Of a stretch of DNA of 64,000 nt, positions 21,601 through 33,817 are shown in pieces. The stretch is from Klebsormidium nitens (taxonomy: Eukaryota; Plantae; Klebsormidiophyceae), in the NCBI GenBank assembly GCA_000708835.1, contig DF237442.1:2177-66176 (forward strand), read 5' to 3'. Below the pieces are notes generated by a model. That model saw nothing but the letters and a program-made list of their open reading frames with translations. It made no database searches and had not been told where the DNA came from. The translations under genes were made by a program, and so were the position numbers. Positions within the stretch are counted from its first letter, which is position 1; each line of letters begins with the position of its first letter.

Positions 21601-23869
21601 GTCCATGAGGATTTGTCCACATGGATAGCGAACTCCGGCTGGATAGAGTGGGCGACGCCTTGTTTCTTTTGAAAGTCTGCCCCTCCCCTCTCTGATGTTC
21701 TTTCCACGAATTCTGCCAATGCCGAGATGGACCCAACAATAAAGTTGAGACTAAGTAAACGAAAGCTAAAACGCTGTGCCCCAAATGTACCCTCCTTCTT
21801 TCTCTCGCAGATGGACGACGCTGTTCCGGAGGAGCTGTCCGGGTTCATCGAGGTGGCCCTCCAATTAGTGGGCGCGATCTTCGTCGTTTCCTTCAGCACG
21901 CCCGTCTTCCTGCTGCTCCTCCTCTTCATCTCGCTCGGCTTCGCGGCCATTGCGCAACTCTACCGCCACGCGGCGCGCGACCTGAAGCGCATCCAGTCGC
22001 TCCGCCAATCGCCGGTGTACGCGCACTTTGCGGAGAGCATGGAGGGCGCGCCCGCGGTGCGCGCGTTCGGCGAGGTTTCGAGGTTTATCGCGGACGGGAA
22101 GGCGCGCGTCGCGGGGTTCTTGGCGGCGATGTTCAGCGCGTGGGCGGCGAACCAGTTCGTGACGTTCTGGATGGACGTCATGGGGGCGGCGGTCATGCTG
22201 GGGGCGAGTTTCCTCGCGATCGTCGAGACGGAGCGCGGGAACCTGCGACCTGAGGTAAGACGACAGAGTCAGAGCTGTCTGTAGCTGTTTGTTCACTCCT
22301 GAGTTTTTCTTCCTTTTGTGGGTGCCGACAAACATCGGCTCGGCTTATCTCCTGGCGTGCGCGAAGTTCCTTTGCTCGGATTACGGTTCTGGTTCGAAGC
22401 AGCATCCTTGCTGTTTGTACGTGATTGGCTAAGAAATCTGGAGGCGAAGGCTTGTCCTCCGCCTGTTTGAACGACACACGGCCGGATTTGTTGCTCCGAT
22501 TTCCATCGAAGTTCGACGCTCTTTGTATCCTCGACTCTGTTCTCTTTTGCTTCTAAAAGGTGCCTTCTGGCTGAATTAGTTGTTAAATCCAGCTTCCGAT
22601 AAGCGCCCACCTCGCCTGTTTACTACTCTGCGTGCCAACCGTTTCCGTTTGTGGCGTCCCCAGATGGCCGCCCTTAGCATTACGTACGCCGCCGAGTTTG
22701 CTGAGCTGCTCATGTGGAGCGTGCGCCAATGGACCGAGCTCGAAGTCGCCATGGTCGCCGTGGAACGCGTGCTCGACTACACCGCCCTCCCCTCCGAAGC
22801 CTGGGACGGCCGCCGGGGGATCCATCTACCGGCCCAACGTCAGTCCCCGGTAAACGGTGTACCGGGCACACGTCCGGTTGTACTGGGCGCTCAGAGTCCT
22901 GCCACGTGGCCCGAGCACGGCCGATTGGAGTTTGAGGACGTGTGGCTGGTGTACGAGGCGCGCTCGCGGGGGGTGGTGAAAGCAACCGGGGGGCAGAAAC
23001 CGCCCGGGGGAATGAAAGACGGGGACGGAGAGAAGTCTGCGGCGCAAGGCGGGAAAGCCGCCCTACGGGGGGTGACATTTGCCGCGTCGCCTGGTGAACG
23101 GATCGCGGTTGTTGGTAGAACCGGGGCCGGGAAGAGTAGCTTGGTGTCGGCACTGTTCCGGCTGGTAGAACTAGACCAGGGGAGAATCTTGATCGATGGC
23201 GTTGACATCGGGGGCATGCCGCTGGGGCGGTTGCGGCGCGGGCTCGCGGTGGTGCCCCAGGAACCGGTGCTCTTCTCCGGGAGCCTGCGCAGCAACCTGG
23301 ACCCGCGGGGAACGCGCACCGACCGCGAGATTTGGGACGCGCTCGAGGCGGTCGCGCTGAAAGAGACGGTCGCCGGGAAAGAGAAGAAGCTGGAGGAACA
23401 GGTGGGCGGGGCGTTGTCGCTCGGGGAACGGCAGCTGCTGTGCGTGGCACGTGCCCTGCTCCAGTCCGCGAAAGTGACCGTTCTCGACGAGGCGAGCAGC
23501 GCGCTGGACGCGGAGTCGGAGCGCGCCATCTACCGGGCGCTTCTGTGGCGCCCGGGGATGCCCCGATCGCTCAGCCGCGGCGCCTCTGGGAGCTCGGGGC
23601 AGCTCTCCCGGCCGCCGAGTGGGCAGGCGCTGGCGAACCTGGGGGGAGAGGAGAGTGGCCGGGGAACCCCCCGGGCGCCGGAGGGCGCCCCGGTCGGTGG
23701 ATTTTATCCCGGGACGGTTTTGTACATTGCGCATAAGCTGAGCACGGTACTGCAGTGTGACCGGGTAATTGTGTTGGACCAGGGGCGGATTGTGGAGATG
23801 GACAGTCCGGAGGTGTTACTGGCCAGAGAGGGGAGCCGATTTGCGGCCATGGTAGAGACGGTGAGTTAG
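15643..23869 (+). CDS. ABC transporter subfamily C (MRP-like), 7 exons, about 1670 aa
   Basis: In-phase exons 15643-16845, 17593-17807, 18424-19646, 20166-20332, 20747-21313, 21811-22254, 22664-23869. NBD1: GPVGSGKST, LSGGQRAR, YVLDD. NBD2: GRTGAGKS, LSLGERQLLCVARALL, VLDEASSALD, IAHK. TMD motif IINRFASD. Confidence 0.95.
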
Positions 23870-26402
23870 AACGGCGCAATTGAAGAAGAAATCTTGAGAT
23901 CAATGACAGCCAGTCACGTGAATGTCTCTTCAATAAGCGGAGTGCGAGAGGGAGGCTCAGCTCGCTCTTATGTAATGCATGAGTTCCCACAGTAGTGCAT
24001 TTGACTAAACCCCACGCGGCAAGCTATTCCTGGCGGACTCAAGGTAGCCACGGTTTTCACAAGCACTAGAGGCCATCTTCTGCCTATCCTACGTAGGTAA
24101 GTTCTTTCCGATGTAACGAAGTAACCTGTCGAGCCCCGCTGTTACACGGCATGTGTCGCCAAGCTTTCGGCAAGTCGGTTAAGTTTGGACCTCAGGAAGA
24201 AGGTGTTCAAGTTCGATTCTGTACTTTAACATGCTACGCTGAGATGCTGCACCGGGCCATCATTGATGAATCAGATCGTCATGGCGGTTCAGGATTGAAT
24301 CCACATGCGTCACAGGGCCAACGATTGACACTGCATCCCTAGCTTCGAGACTGAAGGAGCGTCACGGTAATATCACGTTGGCGGCATTCAAGGATTCGGC
24401 GCTGAAACATGACAACGGCACAAGTCAGCCAAGATGGTGATCAGCATGCATAGTCCCAGGATAGTCCCATAGCTATTTTACTCGTGCTTTCTCTAGCCAT
24501 TTGCGATTTCAGACTCCAATGTAGCGCGAGAGAGTGCCAAGGATGCTCCGATCAAACGAGCAAGTGTGCCGCGTGAGTCATACATGCGAGGTTTCCGCGC
24601 ACCTTCACTCGTTTTGTGAAATAACACTTAACACGTCAGCCGGTCATTAAGCCGAGTCCTACAAATTGACCTTTGGGGACCTTTGCTGACATTGCATGCA
24701 CCATTGCACCGGTATCAACCTGAGGTAAGTGAACGACGCGCCGGCATACCGTACTTGCCTGGAGGCTGCAAGGGAGGCTGGGCCCCATGTGATCCATGCA
24801 TCATTGCTTTCTTGCTTGTGTGTCGTAGACAATCGCGCGTTCGAATAGAGTCAAGAGTCCTCAAGACCTGCGCAGCGCGCATAGACACATGAAGTATGAA
24901 AGTACGACTTATGATCCTGCATGATGATACCGCGTACTGCTCGTACGTTGGGAGTTTTTATGCCTTTTGTCCATCACGCGTTTCGTGCAACTCCTAATCC
25001 ATTTTTAAATGTTTTGAATAAACGCCGCCAGCTTACTGGTATCTTTGCATGTTTTGGGCCTGTGCCGTATTGGCCCCCAGATTTGTTGTGTACCGTCTTG
25101 CACGCCGGGCTCATCAGCTGGAGCACCGGGACTAGCACACGCCTCGTATTGGCCCCCAGAAACCTTAAAGTAAACTTATTTGAATCTCATTGTGGTCTTA
25201 GCATAATACCGGTACCGGTATTGGGCAAACTACCTATGCTCGTTTGGGTATCTCTTGCCATTGGGATTGAATTACCTATCGGCCCAAGTGACCGGAGGAA
25301 CAGCGGACCGGACCGCGGTACGCTACCTAATGTGAGACCGGTACTGCCAAGCATGTTCTCGCATGGCATCACTTTCGAAATTCCGTTTCCCTAGCGTTTG
25401 GAGCAGAAGACCAGGGTCCAGCACCTGCACAGTGCACAGTGCAGGGGACGAGTCGTGTACCTACGGTACGTTTCGTTCGAAGGACTCTGGAGTCTGAAAG
25501 ACTGGTCGGCGGTCGGCCACAACCCTAAAACCCCACAACTTAGGTATAAGGGCCCAGGCCCCAGGGGCCAGGGGTCCCCCGCCCCCGGACCTTCGGCTAG
25601 AAAGCCGGTAGGACGACTTCTCGCCGCTCGGTGTAGCGGGTAATCATTCCAATCTCCAACGTACCGGTACGGTACGTACTTACCGTAGTACCCACATGTG
25701 CGTGCCCCGGGCGCTCCTGAGAGGAGCAACCCTGGGGCCTGTCCTTCAGTCCTTGCTTGGCGTCCGATGGGAGTCAGGGACCCCCGGCCGATGCTGAAGG
25801 CACCCGGGCCTCGTCGGCTGCTCAGCCAGCAGAAAATGCAGGCACTTGCTGGGCTCGGCCGACCGGAGCAGCCATTCACCGACTGTCCAGCCGGCAGAAC
25901 CGGGGGCGTGCCCGCAGCTGGCCGGCCGGGACAAAAGTCCGTGGGAAACCCTGACCAGAACCCCGACCTCGAGGCTCGACCTTGAATCCGGAATCCGGAT
26001 CCGCAATTATCACCAGGTACGATGATAATCCCCCCGTACAGCAGGCGTTTTCCGAAGCTTCTAATCAGTCATCATTGCTCCAAGGGTCCTGGAGCCAGTC
26101 AGCAGGGTGGTTACAAAGTGCACGCGGCACTTTGAGAATACGCGCCCCATCATATGGGAGACTAATCGGACGGCTCGGAAGTGCAGTTCTCTCGACAGTT
26201 ACAAAACAGGCCGGCAAGGTTTGTCAGCGGAGCAGATTCAATCAGGCTTCCGCTGCGGCGCTGAGTCCGAGCTGGGAAACTGAATCGCCGCGTGTTGGAT
26301 GCGATTGTCACTGCACGGACAGCACTTGGTGTACGGTACACTCAGCATTTGGCACTGCACAATGCGGTCGTCCACCGACGATAGGTACACGAACCGGTAC
26401 TA

Positions 26403-26683
26403 CCGTACCAACACGCCGGTTGGGCAGAAATTAATAATTATGGCAATTTGCCCAATATTTTGATATATTCCGACCCACTCTGCCCAATGTTTCAAATGGT
26501 TCAAAATTCCAATTTGTCTTTTTTGATGAGATTTGAGTGGTAAAAGAAGGGATTTCGCAATAAATGCAGAGTTGCCCAAATTTTTCAAAAATTCCAAAAC
26601 GAGTTGCCCAAATTTTCAAACGTCCATTATCAATCGAAATTAATTATTGCCCAAAAATCTGCCCAACCGGCGTGTTGGTACGG
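26403..26683. mobile_element. Tc1/mariner-type (TA target) MITE, 281 bp
   Basis: Perfect 26-bp TIRs CCGTACCAACACGCCGGTTGGGCAGA, flanked by TA on both sides; AT-rich non-coding interior. Confidence 0.85.
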
Positions 26684-27087
26684 TATCTACCTAGTCCACG
26701 CCGCGCGGTTTCTTTGTCAGGTTGCACCTACCCAGAGTCTGAGCCCCGGGCCCCGGCCCGGTTCCCAAAAAGTCCGGCGAAGGTCGTGATCTGGATTCTG
26801 AAGCAGCGGAACGAGTCACCGACCGGATCCACTGCAGCCGTGGTCTGATTACGCAGAGATCGCGATCCGCTCCAACCCGGCGCAGCCACTGGTCGTACCG
26901 CGTGCCCGGGGTCCGGACTCCGCTGGAACGTGTGCGCTGTGAGGCTGGACCAACCGGGCCGGGTACTTTCCTAGACCACGTGAACTCAAATCTGTGTGCA
27001 CTTTCCGAGTGATCTCCTGCACTGTGCAGTGTGCACTCAACCAGAGGCTACAGTCAGGCTACAGTCACCAAGTTGCTATTAGTATTA

Positions 27088-27630
27088 GGGGAAGGTCATT
27101 TTGAAGTGGTACCCCCCCTAATTTTTTGTGAGGGGGGGGGGCCTAGGGCTCTGAGCGCGGCTCGAGGTCCCTATGGGGGGGGGACACACCCACACTTTGC
27201 TCACGGGAGTGCTTGATGGGGGGGCACCTAACGAGCTTGGCCTTTTAGGTAGCTCAAGGGGGGGGAACATGGATCCCGGTCCCCATTTTCATGTGATTCT
27301 GAGGCTAAATCAAGCTCCAAATGGCGTATATGAACTAATATTCGTCAAAAACTTCTTGCAAAATGCCCCATACGAAAATCTTGAACGCAGATTAGCAAAG
27401 AAAAAGGTTTCATATGCCCGCATAAGCGACTTCTCTATCCAATTTTGGCTTCTCCCAAATACAGATATGGGGGGGGTACCCAGGGCCTTGATCCGGAAAA
27501 ATTTATATGGGAGGGGGGCCCGACGCTACGATTCCACTTGGGCCGTGGGTATGGGGGGGGGACCCAGCGCTCCCGGCAAAAACCCTCTACAAATAATTAG
27601 GGGGGGTACCACTTCAAAGTGACCTTCCCC
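27088..27630. mobile_element. PIF/Harbinger-type (Tourist-like) MITE, 543 bp
   Basis: ~35-bp TIRs GGGGAAGGTCA(T/C)TTTGAAGTGGTACCCCCCCTAATT; TTA target duplication at 27085-27087 and 27631-27633. Confidence 0.88.
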
Positions 27631-27999
27631 TTAGGAATCTCGAATCCATGTGCCTTTCACCTGTGTCAGTGTGCCTACATGAGTCGATGTCAGGTCAAAA
27701 TCTTCGGGCATGGAGACATCCTCCCTGTCCATTGGTGCGCAGTCCAGGAAAGCAGGGTGCAGATTGGGCAGGCAGCAGAGTTGACGCGATTGACTGAGCA
27801 CGTTCAGCTCTCCCACCTCACCCTCTTGAACACGGTCGTTTGGATTCGTTTCCCTTGATATTTGTTGGTCCTTAGGTGGCGCGCAGGGCTCCTGTCAATG
27901 CATCGCAGGAGCTTCCCAGCCTCTTCTTGCTGCAGCTCACAAAGGTTTGTCTGCAGCTCAGCAGCTGGTTTGCGCTTTTGCTCCTGACTGCTTTCGAAG

Positions 28000-30900
28000 A
28001 TGGAGGAAGCAAAGCCCCCCGTTGCTCAGTGCGGCAGCCCAAACACGGTACTGGACCCTGCCGCGTTCTTCCAGGAGCAGCGCGTCGTCGCTAAAGCTCA
28101 GGCCTCTCAGCTGTACCAGCTGGATCCCACCATCTGCAACCCCATCTCGCTGCCAGCTGCCGGACAGCTGGCAGGCCGACTGTACCCCGGGGGGCAAGTC
28201 AAACTCTCAGCTCCAATGCTTGCCCAGGTGCAGGCCAGGGGGATGCACAATGTAGCTAGTCATGGGGGTTTAGTTGGAGGTCACCACCGGCCGGGGCAAG
28301 TACATACGCGGAGTTACCAGACGCGCGAACAAAGCCAGCAATCGAGCTCAGGGGCGGATGAGGAGGTCGGTCTGGGGGGCAGCACCATCGGGCCAGACGG
28401 GTTGAAACGAGGGCCCTGGACCAAGGAGGAGGATGCGATGCTGGCAGACTATGTGCAGCGCTTTGGGCCCAAAGACTGGAGTGAGACTCCTGCACTGACA
28501 CTGGTTTGCAAGTGCTAGTGTGACTCTTGGAATGAGCTTTTCCGGTTATGCTGGGGAAAACAGGAGCTACAGCAGCTTCCCAAGCAGAGCTCCTAAAGGG
28601 ATTTCCTCTAGCTCAGCAGGTTTTCATTGTAAGTCAGGCTCCAAGAAGATTGTCGGGACAGTGATGCAATTGGGGATGCAATGGATGCCAGGTGTCAGTA
28701 TTCTGAGCTAGCCCTGGCATGTTACCTGCAGGCAGCGTACCCATGAAGACGGGCCTTGTGAATCGGTGTGGCAAGAGCTGCCGCCTGAGGTCAGCTCTCG
28801 CTCCTGCTTCTTACTAAAACCTCATGCATGATTGGCAATTTGAGGTCAACTGGAAGTCCTGAGACGTGACAATGTTTGCTGCATCATTGCAGAGTCGCCT
28901 ATTATATGGCACTCTGCTGGACTGCAGAGCTGGGGCCTTCTGATTTGCCTGTACCAGACTTTTTGGCTGTCCTGAGTTATGGACTTCTTAGGATAAGTCT
29001 GAGTCTGATTGCTCAGTTCTATTCTGGTTCCAGGTATGTCAACCACTTACGGCCCAACCTGAAGAAGGAAGCTTTCTCTGACGACGAGGAGCAGATGGTG
29101 ATTCATTTGCAGGTAGGGCAGCGTCTGTGTTTGGATTGCAGTGCCCGAGACTGTCAGTTAGGCCCTGTGCTAGTGGCACCAGTGCATAATGATGTTTGAA
29201 AATGTAGAGTTGTGTCAAAGCTGCAAAATCATGCAAACGGCTTGGGTCAATTGTCGTTCATGAGAAGTTACTTTTGCGGATGCAATCCTCCGCATTAGCT
29301 CCTATTTGCTTGTTTGAAGCCCATGAAAGGTGGAACCTTTCTTGTGAACAAAGCACGGAGTGTCCTTTTGGACTTTAGCCAGCCCAAAATCTTTGCCAGA
29401 CGAAGGGCTCTATGATTGAACCTAAGAAACATTGGCTGGACTTCAAGGACCAGATTTTCGGTCTTTGAAACAAAGCTTTGAAGCACCACTGCCCAGCAAA
29501 GGTCTAAAAACTCTAGTACGCCAAACCAGCATAGCTCAAGTCACATTTCTTAAGTAGTGCAAAGTAGACCAGGTTTTATGCTGCTTTGCAAAGTAGACCA
29601 GACTTTCAAGCTACACAGCAGCATTTCATCAACTAGCATACCTGACAGCCATCACAGCCATGTCTCTCAAACACCCCCCTAAAACTCCCTGCTTTTCCTA
29701 CCCCCCAGGCCCAGCTCGGCAACAAGTGGGCGGCCATTGCGGCCCAGATGCCCGGGCGCACCGACAACGAGATCAAAAACCTGTGGAACACGCGCATCAA
29801 GAAGCGAAAGCGGGACGCCGAGCTGCACGGTCTGGATATGCAGCCGCAACAGCTGTACCGGTGGCCGCAGGCGGCCCGTCCCGCGTATTCTGAGGGGGAT
29901 AACGGCATGCCCCCGCTAGTCAGCGTTGAGGAGTGGGGGGGGAGAGTGGGCCGGGGGGCGCGCAGGATGATTGGGCCGCACAGCAATGTGAGGAGGGCGG
30001 CGTCGCTGCCGCCGGACGCGGGGGCTTATGTCTACATTCCAGAAGGTGAGCGGGTGGCCAAGAGATTGCACAATGAAAGCACGAGATGCTCTTGGAGGTT
30101 TGCGCTACCATGGCATGGAGGGTATACGCAGAAAGCAGTTTGCAAACACCAGGACAGCTCCTAAGTTCGGGGCAAAATCCAAGAGCCAATTTGATACCAG
30201 GTTATGTCTTTTGCGGGCGGACTGGCTTAATGTTGCGCCAAAAAAGTCTGCTGGATGGAGCCTCTATTGTATCAAGATTCAAGTATCTGAATGGATCACT
30301 GATGGGGCTGAGTCGCTAGCAGATTCGGAACCCAGGTTGCCGGTGGTCGAGAGCTGAATGTTCTCGTTCTGACCCGTCATAGAATAGGCTCAGATGAGAC
30401 ACGTCCAGAGGATGTCGAATGGCGTGACCTTTCAGCCAATTGAAGTCAAGGCAGTGACAATTGGTAAGGCAGAGGGTAGCTTCAGAGCTGAAGCTACCCC
30501 TTTGAAACGAAGTTTCTTGGGAACTCTCAACTCCGACCTGGAATATCCTTCCAATGAGCAAGCTTCGTGAACCCCTTAGATGAGTGCCCAAGTGCCACCG
30601 GACCTGTCTGTAAAACTTTTCGAGAGTCTACCAGAGAGTCCGAGCTCATCCTTCTTCATTCTACCCCCTCTGCCAGGCCCCGCCTGTCTTGCCCCCCCTG
30701 CCGCTTCCAGCACTACGTGCCCCTCCGGGCCCCGCCCCCCGTCTGCACAATCCTGCCGCAGCCGACTCAGTAACAGCACCCGGGCAGTGTCCTCTGACGG
30801 AGTGAACGACTCCAAGAGCGTCGGTTGGTCCCCCATAGAAGAAGCCATGTTTTGCGCCCCCACCACTAGCCAAGAGCACACGCTGCTATCCCCCTCGCCG

Positions 30901-31485
30901 GAAGATCAGTTGATGGTCGTCCCCCCAGACGAGTCGGTAGAACTCCCCGGGGGGGAGCAGCACTTCGTCCCCCCCAAGCAAGAAGAACTGCCGGCGATGC
31001 CCGACGAGATCATCGACGACGGATCGGGCGGTCCGGAGCCGTCCACGTCGTACTCCCTCGAAGACGACAAGATGTTCCAGCGGAAAGCGTTCATCGACAA
31101 GCTGAGGCTGGACGCGGGCGGGGGGGTCCACTGGGCTGCCTCGCTGGACACCAACTCCTCTCTGGAGGGGGGGCCGTCGACCGCCCGGTTGAACCCCCCG
31201 GGGTCGGACACGCCGGCGTGGACCCCTTCCTCGGGGACGTTCCCCAGCTTTCTGCGCGCGAGCACGCCCAAAGCGCGCGACTCGTGCCGCACGCCCGGGT
31301 TCCCTAACCCCTTCACCCCGGGGCCGTCGTTTGCGTTCCCATCGATGTGCGAGACGCCCTTGGGGGGCGGCAGCAGCTTTGACGTGTTTCCGTCGCCCGC
31401 GGGGTACCAGAAAACGGTAAAAAGCGTCACGGATGAGATGATGGCCGAGGATGACGTGGCGCGGCTGTCACGCACCTCATTTTAG
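28000..31485 (+). CDS. R2R3-MYB transcription factor, GAMYB/MYB33-like, 5 exons, 587 aa
   Basis: In-phase exons 28000-28480, 28732-28789, 29034-29112, 29709-30045, 30677-31485. Motifs: [58 protein letters not shown]. Confidence 0.93.
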
Positions 31486-33817
31486 ACTTGACACGTGTTG
31501 TCTTGGTGACATTTCAGCTTAGAAGATATACGCCTGGGCTCAGCGCGTTGTACAGTATTTCGACGTCGATTCCGATCATCCTAGCTGCGGCCGAGATCAG
31601 GATTCGATGGGCTAGAGTCTCCAGGTCGGAGCACAGTCTGCTTCCATTCTTCATTCTGGTAATTACCCTGAGTGTGATGCTTGGACTTTGGGTGTGTGGT
31701 GTGTCTTTGGTCAGATGAAAGTTTGCTTGTAGGACTACGTGACGGTAGTTAGAGTCCTGATTCGTATCCCGCTGAAAGGTGGAGGGCTAACCAAAGCTAG
31801 TCGGTAACTCAATGATGCGCAGGTGCGCTGCGACGTTTAGCGCAACCAGATGAGAAACCATTGGTTTTACAAATGGTGGTGTGGTCAATATTGTGTGTAT
31901 TGGTGCAGTACTTGTGAGGAGGTTCAATGAAGCTGTACGGTCGTAGGGTTTTTAGTTTAGGACGGGGTAATTGCCGGGCCGGACTGGGACATTCAACCGA
32001 TGGACCATAGCTGCATCAGTCAAAGGTTGCATATACGGCCTGCAAATGGAACATACTAGGTTCGACGGTGTCTTAAGTTAATAACGTGGCCGGGCAGTTC
32101 TCTAATTCTGGGCCGGGGGTCAAATCGTTGCCCCGGTTCGGCCCGGACTCAGCAATTGTGTCGGACCTTGTTCAATGCGTTGTTGCATGCGGGCTCCAAT
32201 TCTGAAGAGCTTCAATCGAACTTGAGGACCACACGCGCGCAGTGCCTCCGTCACTGGACCGAATGTCTTCATGCAATCCATTTAGTGCGCCTTCGCGATT
32301 TCACATGTGTAGAAGGGCATTGAATGATCCGTACTAGATTTTATTTGACCAAACGGTTGAAGGAGGTTCAAGCCAGCATGGCCTGGCCGAACACATATGT
32401 AAATGGCGGCCATGAGCACCGGGGCACCGCGGCCAGGCTGGCACGAGCTTAGCGACTCGTTCCGAAGAGGGTACGAGTGACTCGGACTCAAGCTCATGTA
32501 ACTTGAATCGCATGCATGGCCGGCAAGCCCCATGCATTATTCAATCCCTGACTTCTTATTGATCGTCAAACTTCGAAATGGCAGCCCCTGATTCTACTCA
32601 ACAATCATGGATCAACGATCTTGTTGCCGCGCAAGTTGGCAGCGCAAAGCACGATTCGCCACGTGAGCGCCTTTCCAGATCCCGAACTACGACAGACCTA
32701 TCTGAGCCCGTTGACGTGCAAAAGTTTACGGGGCAATAGCAACCGCAACCACCCGCTTTGCAGCAAATGCTCGTCCTTCCTTCCACACATCACTGCACGT
32801 AAGATAGTGTCAGATTCAAAACAACGTAAGTAGGAGACGAAAGCAATCATCAGTCGCGCTGCCTTGCAGCGTGTGGGATCCTTGAAAAAGTTGCCTGAAC
32901 CCGCGGTTGAGCCTTCTTTCGTGGACAAGTGCTCTCATCCGCAGCCATATGAATTTGAGAAATTAGCAATAATGCGACCGGAAATGAAGGGCGGCCTGCC
33001 AGCGGATGTTGGTGGTTGTAGGCATAAGCCCCGTCAGCTCTGGAAGAGCTCCTCGACTGCTGGTCGGAGAGGGTCGCCGTTCCGCGAGACGAACAACTGC
33101 CGACCATCGCCGTCGATGCGCCTGGAGGAACGGCGCGTATGATAAGCCGAGAGATATCGCCAGGACAACAGCTAATTTGAGCTCAACAATAACTTGGGTT
33201 CCCCCCATATTTCTTAGCGCGTTTTGACGTTGTCAAGTTGCGTCAGCTTTTCCAGCCATCAATCTATTGGGTCTTTTCCTGATGCTACGTGTGCAAGACA
33301 GTTGCTCTTCACCAGATTCGAATCAGCTTGAACGAATCAAGCTCCCATAATCCGCTCGCAAGCCCTAGCTGGGTACGACCGACACACCAACTCAAAAATC
33401 GCAACCGTCTTGCCGCGGATTGGTCGACTCGACGATCGGAGGCAATGGACGCAAAAAGTCTACAATTTTTCCGGAGCGCAAGGGGTTCTTGAAGAGCGTG
33501 CGAAGGTTCTGCGGTCACTAAAATGGCGTTCGAGCCAGCCCGCTTCCATATGTGCGCTGCACCTTAGGCGAAGTCCGAGACCTTTCTCCAAGTTTCATTT
33601 GTGGGGCTTACGGGACGGCGCAACTCTCTGGTTGTGAAGTGCCGCCCAAACGGGCCAAATTTGTGCTCTCGACAAACTCTGAATTGGGTCGAGCAACTAG
33701 GTCTAGGAAACTATGCAGTCGCTTGCGCGGCGGGCCTTTCGTGAGGTCTCCGGGTGGTGACGGTTTACAAGGAAAAGCGTGACCACCAGATAAGACGCGC
33801 AATGGAGAAAGGCTCAC

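Noticed and set aside
31768-31779. 12-mer CCCGCTGAAAGG shared with 62447-62458; possible structured RNA
   Set aside because: The flanks do not align, and no tRNA, snRNA or rRNA structure was recognisable anywhere in the window.
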